Below, in pieces: positions 14,223-27,213 of a stretch of DNA of 64,000 nt; positions within the stretch are counted from its first letter, which is position 1, and each line of letters opens with the position of its first letter. The notes under the pieces were generated by a model that was not told where the DNA came from, ran no database searches, and was given only the letters and a program-made list of their open reading frames with translations. Made by a program: the position numbers and the translations under genes. The stretch comes from Octopus sinensis (Eukaryota): positions 158,720,001 through 158,784,000 of the forward strand of contig NC_042998.1 in the NCBI RefSeq assembly GCF_006345805.1. The letters are read 5' to 3'.

Positions 14223-14649
14223 CAACTCAAACGTCCTTATAGGTATACGTCATCATAAGCACGTGATGTCAAAACCCGATTAATTTCGGAATAGTTTGTG
14301 TGAGAATGGCTCTGTATGAGCTCTTGTAAAGTTTTAGAAGTATATATGGATATATGTAAGAATTCCTTATACCTAATATATATATATATAATATATAAAT
14401 ACACACAAACACACCTATACACATACCACGCGCGCCGTATATCCACAAGTATATGTATATGTATGCATTCTATTTACATAAAATATATGTTAATGCGCCT
14501 ATATATATATATAAATTTATCACACACACACACATATATATATTATACACACATATGCATATATGTATGTATATATGTATATATAATGTATATATATGCG
14601 TAGATATACATATATGTACATGTCTAATTTACATGTACATATATATATA

Positions 14650-14694
<45 letters not shown>

Positions 14695-15391
14695 TATATG
14701 TATATATATATGTGTGCATTGTTATATTAGGTCTGTAATATGCATTTGATAAAACATATGTAGGCATGTGTGCATACATGTATGTTTATGTTTTTTCATT
14801 TACGATTGTTTATATGTATGTATACATAGACACACATGAACACACACATATACACACAAACACCTCACACACACACACACCCACACCACACACACACACA
14901 CACACACACACACCACACACACACACACACATCAACTCAAACGTCCTTATAGGTATACGTCATCATAAGCACGTGATGTCAAAACCCGATTAATTTCGGA
15001 ATAGTTTGTGTGAGAATGGCTCTGTATGAGCTCTTGTAAAGTTTTAGAAGTATATATGGATATATGTAAGAATTCCTTATACCTATATATTAATATATAT
15101 ATATATACACACAAACACAATGTTAATGCGCATATATATATATATATATATAAATACACACAAACACACCTATACACATACACACGCGCGCGTATATCCC
15201 AAGTATATGTATATGTATGCATTCTTATTTACATAAAATATATGTTAATGCGCATATATATAATATATATAAATTTATACACACACCACACATATATATA
15301 TTATACACACATATGCAATATATGTATGTATATATGTATATATAATATGTTATATGCGTAGATATACATATATGTACATGTCTAATTTACA

Positions 15392-15451
<60 letters not shown>

Positions 15452-15629
15452 TATTGTATATATATATGTGTGCATTGTTATATAGGTCTGTAATATGCAT
15501 ATTTGATAAAACATATGTAGGCATGTGTGCATACATGTATGTTTATGTTTTTTCATTTACGATTGTTTATATGTATGTATACATAGATACACATGAACAC
15601 ACACATATACACACAAACACACTCACACA

Positions 15630-15690
<61 letters not shown>
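14221..15690. repeat. Tandem duplication of a ~710-760 bp unit (14221-14930 / 14931-15690)
   Basis: The unique block ATCAACTCAAACGTCCTTATAGG...GAATTCCTTATACCT is identical at 14221 and 14931; the rest differs mainly in microsatellite length. Confidence 0.92.
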
Positions 15691-15701
<11 letters not shown>

Positions 15702-15838
15702 TTATATATATTTATGTATGTATATACGTATATGCATACATATTGCACAAACACACATATATATATATATATATATACATACGTGCAGATATACATATAC
15801 ATGCTTTTATTGTTTATGTATGCATCTAAATGTTAAGC

Positions 15839-15912
<74 letters not shown>

Positions 15913-16293
15913 GGAAACTCACTTTTACATGAAGATCTGCTTATCTAACATGTATGTACTTCTTTGGTAGTACATGTAAATTATATAACCTCATACACAC
16001 ACACACCCATATATACACAAACGCACTCAATTACATATTTATATACCCTTTAATGTATACTTATAAGAACGTGTGTGCGTATATAGTGTATACATATATA
16101 TATATATACTCACATATATATACATATATATATATATAGATATAGATATATATATACATATAATATATATGTATATATATATATACATGTACATGTACGC
16201 ACACACACATATATATATATATATGCATACATATATATATATATATACATACGTATGTATGTATATGTACATATGTATATATATATGAATATA

Positions 16294-16324
<31 letters not shown>

Positions 16325-16463
16325 ACATACATATATATACATATATACACATATGCATGTATGTGTGTATATATATAGGTATGTATGTATATATATATAC
16401 ACACACATACATACATTTATATATGCATACGTGCATATATATATATACATATACATATTCATA

Positions 16464-16506
<43 letters not shown>

Positions 16507-17009
16507 TATATACACACACATACTCGCATATCCATCAGTGTGTGTATGTGTGTAAGTAACACCATATATTTCAGACTACTTGTTGCGGCTAATGCCGATG
16601 TTCTTGCATATCAAATGACTTAGTTGCCTAATCAACCAACGATTTTCTAAACGCTTGTTCCTCCATAAACGATCAGTGCAGATCTTGTTTAATTTTGCTT
16701 GTCTTTTTTATATATTTGTTCCATATTTTTTCATAGGCAGAGAAGGGGGTGATATTTTTGCTTGTTTGTTTGTGTTCGATTTTGTTTCATTGTTTACGTT
16801 CCCTTCCATTTCTCCCTTCTTCTCTTCCAATTCTTCTCAACAACTCTGAGAATTCTATGCAAAACATTTTTATCATTATTTATTATTCAGATTTTCCGAG
16901 TTTGTCTGCCATTCACTTGAAGATGTAAAACATTTCAAAATTATTATTCTCTGTGGCTGTCGTTCGTTTCAAAATTGATAGCAACCATATTTGTTACGCT
17001 GTTTCTTTG

Positions 17010-17037
17010 TATATTATTATTATTATTATTATTTTTA

Positions 17038-17120
<83 letters not shown>
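17010..17120. repeat. (TTA)n microsatellite
   Basis: Direct periodicity. Confidence 0.95.
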
Positions 17121-17121
<1 letters not shown>

Positions 17122-17622
17122 GGTGGTGCTATAATAATTATTATTATTATGTCGTTATTATATTTATTATTATTTAACATTAATATCGATATTGCTATTG
17201 TTGCTGTTTTACATGTCTTGCATTATATACTTTCGTTTCTTCTTTCCGTTGTTTTGTTTTTGATGTTGTTGCTATGCTTGGCATTCTTCTTGGACTTGTT
17301 GTTTTCTGTATCGTGAATTCGAAAAGGAAAAAAACTCAATAAAAATTAACATGATACGTAAATAAGTTTCCTTTCTGTAACAAGTTTTGAAAGTTTAAAG
17401 TACGAAGATATGTTAGAAATTTAATGGGAGTAAAATGTGTGATTCTGTGTTTCATATTTCGATCCATTTGCGATGCAAGTTTTATGAACATATACACCGA
17501 CACTCTCAATACAAACATAAATCATACTTATATACATAAATGCATACACAATGTATCCATATATATATATGCGTGCATATATGCATATACATATATATAT
17601 ATATATATATGTGTATATATAT

Positions 17623-17690
<68 letters not shown>

Positions 17691-17900
17691 ATATATATAT
17701 AAGTAGTTGAATGAATTATCTTAGTATGGATAATTCGGTTAACCGATACCTGGGTAGCAAATTCACGTCAGAAAACACGGTTGAAGCTACATGCCAAGGG
17801 CAGAGATCATGTGCTTTCGTGTGGAAATTTGTGTGTTTTTTTTTAACTATAAATAAATGAAAGAATGGAGTTGAACGACGATTTAACAAAATTCCTTTAT

Positions 17901-17981
17901 TCTCGACATATGTTTCGAAGACTGCATATTCCTAATTCCGAGAGAATAAGGGGTGCATTATGCCGCCTTCTCATCAGGAAA
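17901..17981 (-). ncRNA. Type I minimal hammerhead ribozyme
   Basis: Minus strand reads TTTC-CTGATGA-GAAGGC...GTCTTC-GAAA-C-ATAT-G-TC-GAGA. Canonical core, G10.1-C11.1 pair, palindromic stem III loop, GUC triplet at 17907-17905. Confidence 0.8.
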
Positions 17982-17999
17982 GACAAGAAACTTATGTCA

Positions 18000-19197
18000 G
18001 CATCATGACGAACAAAAATTTTTTTAGATGACTGCCCACTATAAGAAAACTAATAACAATAGAAATAGTGAGAATAATGATTTCAGCTCTAAAAATGTCG
18101 ATACCACTAGACTTAAGAAAAATAATTTACGGACCAGGGGAGGCAATCGGCAATCAACCCCAATATTCCAGCACAGAAATATTCCCTTTAATGTAAATGG
18201 TAACACTCTGAACAATTCTAAGTCCTCAAAAAAACTATATCTGGTTTGTCATACCTTTCGGAAAACAAATCAAGTCAAACCTTCCTTTACAGTTCCGTGA
18301 AGCCGTAGCTAGGAACTTTCCCAGGAATTCTAGGTATTACTCTACTATCAATTCGCATAAGGTAAGGATTGCATTCTATAACACTAGAAATCTATCGCAA
18401 ATTATTTCCTCCCATAATAACAAGCTGCTAAGTAAGGATTCTTCACCCGGGAGTCACGACACTGCTCTTATCAATTCCAACCAAACATACAATGATAATA
18501 ATAATAGAAATAGTATTGATAATAGCAACATTCATAGGAGCGTTGGGATTAACAATAGTAATATTAATAATAATATTAGTCGGATTATTAACAGTGATAG
18601 TGTTAGTGGTAACAACGACAGCATTTCTAATAACAATGGTAGTATTGATGATAACAACCCCAGCATTTCTATAGTCAGGGATATTGCCGGCGTTAGTACA
18701 ATTAATAATAATAACAATAATAGGAATAATATAGTGGTCAGTGCTAGCAATAGTATTAACAGCAATCATAACAATAAAAACTCCGTCTTAGTCTCGGATT
18801 AAAGTTCTTGTCCAGCAATTCCAAAATTAGAAATTCCATTTACCAGTGTAAAATTTCTTCCGGTACCGGTGTCTTCTTCTACATTGGGGCGACTACTTCT
18901 AAATTATCCCAGAGGATTTCCAATCATTATTCAACTTTCCGAGATAAGAGAAAACAACAAAGCCCAGGACTAAGTAAATTAGTTTGGCGCCTTAAGGACA
19001 GCAATATAACTTTTAAGGTGGAATGGTCCATATTGTCTGTATCCTTTCCGTTTGATAAAGGCAGAAAATTTTGTGGCGTCTGTAATTCCGAACTTTTCCA
19101 TATACTTTTCGCCAAATTCCCTTTAGTAAACACTATGGTAGAAAAATCCTATAGGTGCATGCACTGGCAGAAACACACCTTCAACTCATATGAATGA
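18000..19197 (+). mobile_element. Penelope-like element remnant: Asn-rich linker plus GIY-YIG endonuclease
   Basis: YIWFVIPF and NFPRNSRYYSTINSHKVRIAF..RNLSQIISSHN linker motifs. ORF 18808-19197 has SIYQC..FYIGAT..RISNHYSTF..LSKLVWRLK..VEWSIL..CGVCNSE..CMH. Confidence 0.88.
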
Positions 19198-20034
19198 TGA
19201 TTAATATAGATAACCTCCTTAAATTTAATAATTTGGTTCCACTTCTACAACACCACCATAGACAAATTTTTATACTCCGTTTCATGAAGGACTACTACCA
19301 AATTCGTTGGGGTATGTTTTACCTTTGTCTTTCTACCTCTCCCCCCCTCTCTCTCTCTCCCTCTCTCTATCGTAAGCGCAATCAAACACACAGACACATA
19401 CCTGTCACTTCACCACTAGTTGTATTTGGCATCTATCCCCCCACACACACAATCACGCACACACATTGACACGAATGCAGTTATATACATACACACACAT
19501 AGGCACTCAATCTCATTAGCATAAGCAAACAATAACGCATCACCATACATACCACTTGCACCCCGTCACCTTCCTATTCTTAGAACCCTCCCCTTCCAAC
19601 CTTTTTTGAACTCTTGAACTTTCTAGAATCTTCTCCATTCAACCAATTTTGACGTCACTGCTTATAACGGAATATTTTAAAGAAACACTCATTATCACTA
19701 TGGACTCCGTATATGTAGGTATGCTTTTATGTACACGTGTATGCATGCATGTGTGCAAGTATGTATTTATAGGCGTATGGATGCGTATATATGCGTATGT
19801 ATGTTTATATGCACATATGTCTGTATATAGGCATATGTGTTTATATATGCGGGCAGACATTTATGTGTGTTTATGTGTACTGAAGTACGTTTATACATGT
19901 GGTTTTGTGTGTACATAGTTATGTATACGTTTATGTGAAAGTGGGTACTTTTATGTATGTATGCATATGTGTACCTGTGTGTGTATATGTATGTGTATAT
20001 ATATGTGTATATATATATATATGTATGTATGTAT

Positions 20035-20103
<69 letters not shown>

Positions 20104-20469
20104 GTGCTTGTAGAGAGAGATATATACATAAGTATAAGTGGATGAGAAGGAAATGAGTGAGAGAATATGCGTGTTTGTGTATGTGTACGAGTGTGCGTGA
20201 GAGTGTGTGTGTGTGTGAGTGTTGGCGTTTGTATCCGTGGGTCAAAAGATAGAAAGGAAGGGAGAGGGGAGCGGTAGTTGGATTTCATTTAGGCCGGCTG
20301 GAACCCTAGGGAATTCTAAGAACCTTTAGCGTCTGTCTAATCTAGCGCCACTATAAATGTGTGTCGGCGGATAGGTAAGTCATATATTATACCTTTTATG
20401 ATCATGAAAATAAAAATAAAAATAAAATAAGGGAGGAAGATGAGGAGAGAAAATATATGTGTGTGTGTG

Positions 20470-20521
<52 letters not shown>

Positions 20522-21068
20522 CTATATATATATATATATATGTATATATATGTATGTATATGTATATATGTGTGTCTGTGTATGTATGTGTATATGTATG
20601 TGTGTGTATATATGTGTATGTGTATATATATGTGTGTATGTGTATGTGTGTATATTTGTATATAATGTGTGTGTATATGTATGTATATATACATATATAT
20701 ATATGTGTGTGTGTGTGTATGGGTGTGTATACTTATTTATATATGTGTAGATATATGTGTGCGTGTGTTTGCGTGTTGGCATGTATGTGTATGTGTATTT
20801 GTATATATATGTGTGTATGTATATATATGTGTGTGTGTATGTATGTGTATGTATGTGTGTGTATGTATGTGTATAAGCGATAGTCTTCTTATGTACCTAA
20901 AACTCTATTCAGTTATTCTATTTATTCATTTATTTACTTTATCACTGATTCTTTTGACCACTCCCCTAAGAAAGACAGTTTGTGCCCTGCTTACCCAAAA
21001 AATGTCCCCCACCACCACCCCATTAAACCTGCCTAAATGTATAAATGCCAAAACTTATCTTGACAGCA

Positions 21069-21119
21069 AGCTTCCTGATGATTTCATTTGAATGAAACAG
21101 TTCTAGTTCTGTAGAAGCT
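21069..21119 (+). ncRNA. Type I hammerhead ribozyme
   Basis: AGCTTC-CTGATGA-tTTCatttGAAt-GAAA-CAG-ttctagtt-CTG-TA-GAAGCT. Perfect 6-bp stem I, 4-bp stem III, GUA triplet at 21111-21113; the first stem II pair is U-U. Confidence 0.82.
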
Positions 21120-21201
21120 CCTTCTATAAAATAAATTAATTTACTCTGCTATGTATTGAGTACCTTATTTACTGTGGTTGACCCCGACTCAACCCGGGAC
21201 C

Positions 21202-21252
<51 letters not shown>

Positions 21253-21320
21253 TTAGATATATACAACCTATATGTGTATGTATATATATATTTAAATATA
21301 TATATATATATATATATATA

Positions 21321-21406
21321 TCACATGATATACCAGATAATCGGATGTTGTTAAACATCGCTGGTCATACTGCGCTTTGCACCGTTTTAACTTTCGAATG
21401 ACGTCA
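21321..21406 (-). mobile_element. SINE family B, 3' tail fragment
   Basis: Matches the tail end of the SINE at 50957-51256. Confidence 0.7.
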
Positions 21407-21409
21407 TAC

Positions 21410-21760
21410 ATGTCCGAGACCATCATTTATCAAACCACCGTAGACTCTACAACCACTAAGGACATAGTTTCGTCAAAGAAATATATGGGTCTCACTGATG
21501 GAATTTCAAAGCTGGATTCAACAATCACACCTTGAGCTTCAGACACAGGGGAAAAAGAAAAACAACCAAATTATCCAGTTATATATGGTCCTTAAACTAT
21601 AACATCCATTGGAAGATCTTAGCCTTACACCAACGGCAGTGGAAAGTGCGGACTTTGTGATATGGAAAGATGGCTCACCTGGAAAAACAGCTTAGACTCC
21701 GCTACATGTCTAAATTCAAGAACTGAAAATTTTGGAAATGTCCGCTGTGACTAAATATTT
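21410..21760 (+). mobile_element. Penelope-like GIY-YIG endonuclease remnant
   Basis: TIIYQTTV..KKYMGLTDG..FNNHTLSFRH..TKLSSYIWSL..IHWKIL..KCGLCDMER..LNSRTE, with frameshifts. Confidence 0.85.
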
Positions 21761-22294
21761 GTTACGTTTTCGGTCTCCCCCAAAATCACAGATAGAACCG
21801 GCTTTTTATATTGTGTCCACGTACAAACATTTTATTTGTTATATATATATTTTTATATTTTTACATATTTTCATATATACTTTTTCATATTTTATAGCTT
21901 TATGTATTTTTATATTTTTTCTGTACGTTACCTTTCACTCTGCATTTTTGTGCATGTGTGTATAGAGATGTGTATATGAACATAATTGTGCACATTTGGG
22001 CATATATACGTGTGTGTGTGCGTGTGCGACTATGTATTTGTGTATATGTGTATGGATGTATATATATGTATACATATAGGTGTGTGTGTGGTTTTGCATG
22101 TATGTGTTTCAGACGAGTGTGAGTGAGCATATGCATATATGCACATGCACGTGCGTGTGTGCGGGCGTATTTGTATGCATGTGCATGCGCGCATACGCGG
22201 ATTCTATGAGCGTGCTTCGAGTACTTTTATTTTCTCTGTATTCGGTTAATTTCCCTTTATTTAACGACCAATCTAATAGCTCTTTTGTATGTCT

Positions 22295-22356
22295 TAATAA
22301 CTGACGAGATACCGGAGCAGACTTCCGCCCTGACATCCGAAACTCTGAGTTTTTTA
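22295..22356 (+). ncRNA. Hammerhead ribozyme motif (3' pLTR-like, downstream of the PLE at 21410)
   Basis: AATAA-CTGACGA-GAT...ATC-c-GAAA-CTC-t-GAG-TT-TTTT. Canonical core, weak stem I; same family as 54782-54844, including the downstream tail ATTTACATAATAT(C/T)GAGGTC. Confidence 0.6.
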
Positions 22357-22482
22357 TATTATACATAAATTCCGCTATTTACATAATATCGAGGTCCCAT
22401 TCATTCTTTTGTTGTCATATTATTATTATTATTATTATTAATACTAATATGTGTGTATATATATATATATGTGTATATATAT

Positions 22483-22540
<58 letters not shown>

Positions 22541-22572
22541 CATTATTATTATTATTATATTATTATTAATTA

Positions 22573-22607
<35 letters not shown>

Positions 22608-22759
22608 TACCTATACATATGTGACCGTGTACATATATGTGTCTCTCTCTTTCTCTTTCTCTCTCTATATATAATATTAAGAGAAGAGAGATGTATATCT
22701 TATCTATCTATCTATCTATCCATCTATCTACTATCTATCTATCTATCTATCTATCTATC

Positions 22760-22868
<109 letters not shown>

Positions 22869-22959
22869 TATATTTAATTTGTATCCTAGTACTCATATGT
22901 TTCAGATTTTTCCCTATCTTTTTACACTCCATAACTGTGCGCCTTCGAATATATCTTCT

Positions 22960-23132
22960 TTTATTCTTTTACTTGTATCAGTCATTTGACTGCAGCCAGC
23001 ACTTATTCTACCAGTCTCTATTGCCGAACCGCTAGGTTACGAGGACATAAGCAGAGCAGCATCGATTTTCAAAACGATGGTGGGGGGTCAAACACCGACA
23101 CACACGCACAAATACACACACACACACATTCA

Positions 23133-23183
<51 letters not shown>

Positions 23184-23230
23184 CAACGGGTTTCTTCCGG
23201 TTACTGTCCACCAAATCCACTCACAAGGCT
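22960..23230 (-). mobile_element. SINE family D, partial
   Basis: Matches 50344-50760 (CAGTCATTTGACTGC, GCCGAACCGCTA, CCAAATCCACTCACAAGGC). Confidence 0.75.
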
Positions 23231-23251
23231 ATACATATGTATATATATATG

Positions 23252-23331
<80 letters not shown>

Positions 23332-23861
23332 TATATAATAATATGTGTGTGTATGTACACACACACACCTACACACGCAAACGCACACCCGTTCGCGCGT
23401 GCATACACATAAAAATATACACACACTTCAGCATACTCTTATTTCCCTTTGCATGCATTATTTCTTGTCGGCTGGATCATCCAAATACACTAACAGCCAA
23501 CCTCGTCTCTGAATTCCATTTTGATTTCTTTTCCTTCCATCTCGGCAAAGGATATCTTTCCAAAACGTCCACTTCTATTACTTTCCTGTTATTCACAGAG
23601 TAATAACATTAGCTTTATATTTTTTTCTTTGCTCTTTCTTCCATTGTTTATTCCTCCTGTTTGCTTTTGCTTGTATTTGAATTATACAATTACTGCACTG
23701 ATTCAAATTTAACCCGTCTTACCGATACTAGATTTATTTCATCATCGACTCGCTTGGGAAATAAGTAACTTCCCAAATGTTGTCGTAACCAACAAACTAA
23801 ACATACAAATAGATAGATACATAGATATGCGTGTATATGTGTCTATATATACATACATACA

Positions 23862-23895
<34 letters not shown>

Positions 23896-24003
23896 CATTC
23901 ATACGTACATACATACGTACATACATACGTACACACATACGTACATACATACGTACATATATATATATATATTATATATATATATATATATATAATATAT
24001 ATA

Positions 24004-24061
<58 letters not shown>

Positions 24062-24499
24062 TTTGGTATATGATAAAAATTTCAGTATTTGTCTTTAACA
24101 CTCAGACAGCAAATTCATAATTCAGATGTATGATATGAGATATTATTTCATTCAAATAACCACATATTTATATTAAGACATAGCTGATAAAAATACAGAA
24201 ATATGAGAATTTAAACATAAAAATATAAGGAGTAACATAAAAGAAAATATAGTTAGAATAGATTAAAGCAGGCAATTGAAAGCATCAGTCCAAACCTACG
24301 GCCGTTTCAGAAAAGTTTGAAGGGGCTGTAGGAAATAATCCAAATTCAACGCCCTGTATAAAAACATTTCCTTCCTCGGGGTTCCTTTCTCGTGGTAAAA
24401 TCCAGTAAAGCACTACATGGTGAAGTTTCAGTTGGTCGTTGAGTAGTTGAGTAACGAAGGGATGAATAAGAATAAAAATATAAATATAAATGACGAAAT

Positions 24500-26400
24500 A
24501 AAACCAGATGGACCAAAATTTAAGATGATTTTTGCTTCCCACTAGGGGCCAACATAGAGGGGACAACACAATCTGATTTTAGGGGTCAGATGAGACATTA
24601 TGATATAACATTGAGATGCAATTAAAATTTAATACAAGACATATAAACGTGTGACAAACAAACAAATGACAAAACGAATGGAGTGGTGATTTGGGTTCAG
24701 CTCCGACCCCACGATCCCAAATCCACCACTGATATTGCAATGTACTGCTGACATGTTCACATGGCTACGTCCGCTCGCAACACTCGTGCCACGTACTTCC
24801 ATCTATCGTTGAACATTTTCTCCTGCAGGCATTTCTTCTCCAGCCACACTTTCCTTTTCAAGCAAAACGCGAAGTATCTCTGAAGACCGAGGCCAAAGAT
24901 GAAGCTGCCTATCGTTAGTCCTTTCAATCTCGTCTTCCATACTGCCTCTTTCGCGATCGCTACTACTATGAGAAAACAATTTTTACCTTCATTCGACAGG
25001 AAATCAAGTGGGTCAATTTTAAAAAATTGACTCAGACGATAGCTGTACTCTTCCTGCACCAGACAACAGATGTTCCGCATAAGCCCACACCTCCGAGCAC
25101 TGAACGATAGCGTGCAAGTCGATTTCCCTATCCCGCTCGCATCTTGGACAGATTGGTGTGTCGCATTGACCGTGTCTTGCGAGCTTATCCCGAAAGGGCA
25201 AGGCTCCTCTGTAACATTGCCAGCACATTTGGAAATTATCCAGAGTCTTCAGCCCAAACGTACGTTGGAATATACTATCGAGTCGCCCCAGGGTCGCCCC
25301 CACGTTATCGTCACATCCAGCCTCTATCAAACTTCTATAGAAAACTGTGATTGAACAACTACCAATGGCATTATCCGAGCGACAGAATAGCAGGATTGCC
25401 TTGCGACACTCCGAATGCCTTTCACCTAACCCTTTAACCGGGTTTCAGTAGCAACAATTGCATCCAAATTACGTGACCTGATGTATTTTGGAAGCGCCCT
25501 TGCTTCCAACTCAACGACAGGCCATGTACATTCAAACAACCAATGTGAACTACCATAAAAGTCTTATTTTTTACTCAGTGGTGGGAGGTGGAGAAGACTC
25601 CACCTCTTCTTTTTCTGGGATTGGAGCAGGTAAAGCCTAAAAAATTGTAGATGTAAAGTCCTTACGTAGAGGACCTACATCTTTCGAAAGTCGTTGCTTA
25701 ATATTCTGTGGGTTTTTTTAGTCTATTTGATACATATCGTAGTCTAAATAATTGTCCGACTGTTCATTCATTCGTTTGGCAGTCTTTATCACTTTCAAAC
25801 GACTTATTATATCACTATTATCCCTTTTGACGGCTACCAAGTTTTCTTTATCTGTCTTCTTCCTCCTTGCTGCATTTTTTTTTTTTTTTTGGTTTCTTGT
25901 CAGTTGCTGCTGCTTTTGGTGGGACAGTTGGGTGAATTTGTTTTTTACTCCCTGTTTGGCTGCTGCTTACTGTTTCTGCTGTTTTTCTCCTCTCCCTCCT
26001 CTTCTTCTTCTAGAGGTGGATCGCACTCTGTACGTATATACCCCAACTTGCCGCAGTTAAAACACCGTGGTTTGCAGCTTTCCATGAACACGATACGGTT
26101 TTCTTCCCCTATTTCAATTGATTCGGGAATGTGTTCCAGTGTTTGCAATTCTGTTTGTATTATCATATCGTATTATCATATTTAACCTTGCCAGTTTTGC
26201 TTCTCTGTGACGTCAACATTTTTCTTTGAAACAATTTTTTTTTTCCAGGAGACTTCCTGGTTTCTTTTTTAACAGGTGATACTCCCGAAGATACTGGTGA
26301 CAAAATCGGAGTTATCGGTGAGAGCGTAGGAAACTCTTCACTGGATTCCACGATGAACAATGGCAAACACACTAATCACAAAAAATTTGTTAATTGGCTT
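24500..26400 (-). mobile_element. Internally deleted L1/Tx1-clade LINE (ORF1 part, ORF2 start fused to ORF2 C-terminus, 3' UTR)
   Basis: ORF1 zinc knuckle CFNCGKLGYIRTEC (25945-26166), stop ~25571. ORF2 ATG at 25556 gives MVVHIGCLNVHGL..NLDAIVATETRL (APE motifs I-II), followed almost directly by the C-terminal region CPRCERDREIDLHAIVQC and AIAKEAVWKTR, stop at 24757. Confidence 0.85.
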
Positions 26401-26689
26401 ATCGCCGCACAAAAATATTATTTTTTCCGACACAGTTCGTAGTAATTCCCCCCACCCCCGCGGGGGGTATTGATAACAAAATGCTTCAAACAAGCAATAA
26501 ATCAACAGAGTTCCAACAATGCAATAAACAATATATTTGACAATAACTTGATATATTTTTTATCCATATTACTATAAGAGAGCGGTAATTTAAGATAAAT
26601 GATTTGTATATAAGAATTCGTAGGATCTAATCCAGGTCATATTTTTAAAAACTTTGTAAATTTTAAAGTTTGAAAAATTTTAAAGTTGC

Positions 26690-27213
26690 CAAATATTTAT
26701 GCTTACAAACATGCTAAGACATCTGTAATTTTATTTTTATAATATGTTTTATTTCTATTAATAGCATACAGTACGCTAATCGATTCCTTTATGCAAAGCC
26801 TACAAGATTTTGTATTTTGTATGCGTGTTATATGGAGTTGATTCAGTAATTATCGACCACCTTGAATTATACTCAGTGTTAGTCTCTATGAGGTGGGTAA
26901 TGTCGTGGAGTTTTTAGTATTGGGTTAATAAATGAATTCATATGTCCACTATATCTATTTTTAAAATCAATAGTATTTCCTATATACATTTCCTATGTTC
27001 CGTAAGATTTGCTGTACTAACTTCGCAGTTATATACATCTTTTCTCAGGCAATTCCCTCCTAGAGAACATGATTCATGGGAGCGGAAGTTACAAGTTTTA
27101 TTTAAGAATTTAGTAGTGGTACTCCTATCCGCTATATCAATACTACAGTCTGTTTTACTAATGTTATTACTAATATTATTACTAGGTTCATATATATTAT
27201 TTGAGGCAATAAA
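26690..27213 (-). mobile_element. Penelope-like GIY-YIG remnant, inverted relative to the adjacent RT
   Basis: Minus frames give VYNCEV..MYIGNTIDFKNRYSGHMNSF..WSII..PYN..KSCRLCIKES..CKH. Confidence 0.8.
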
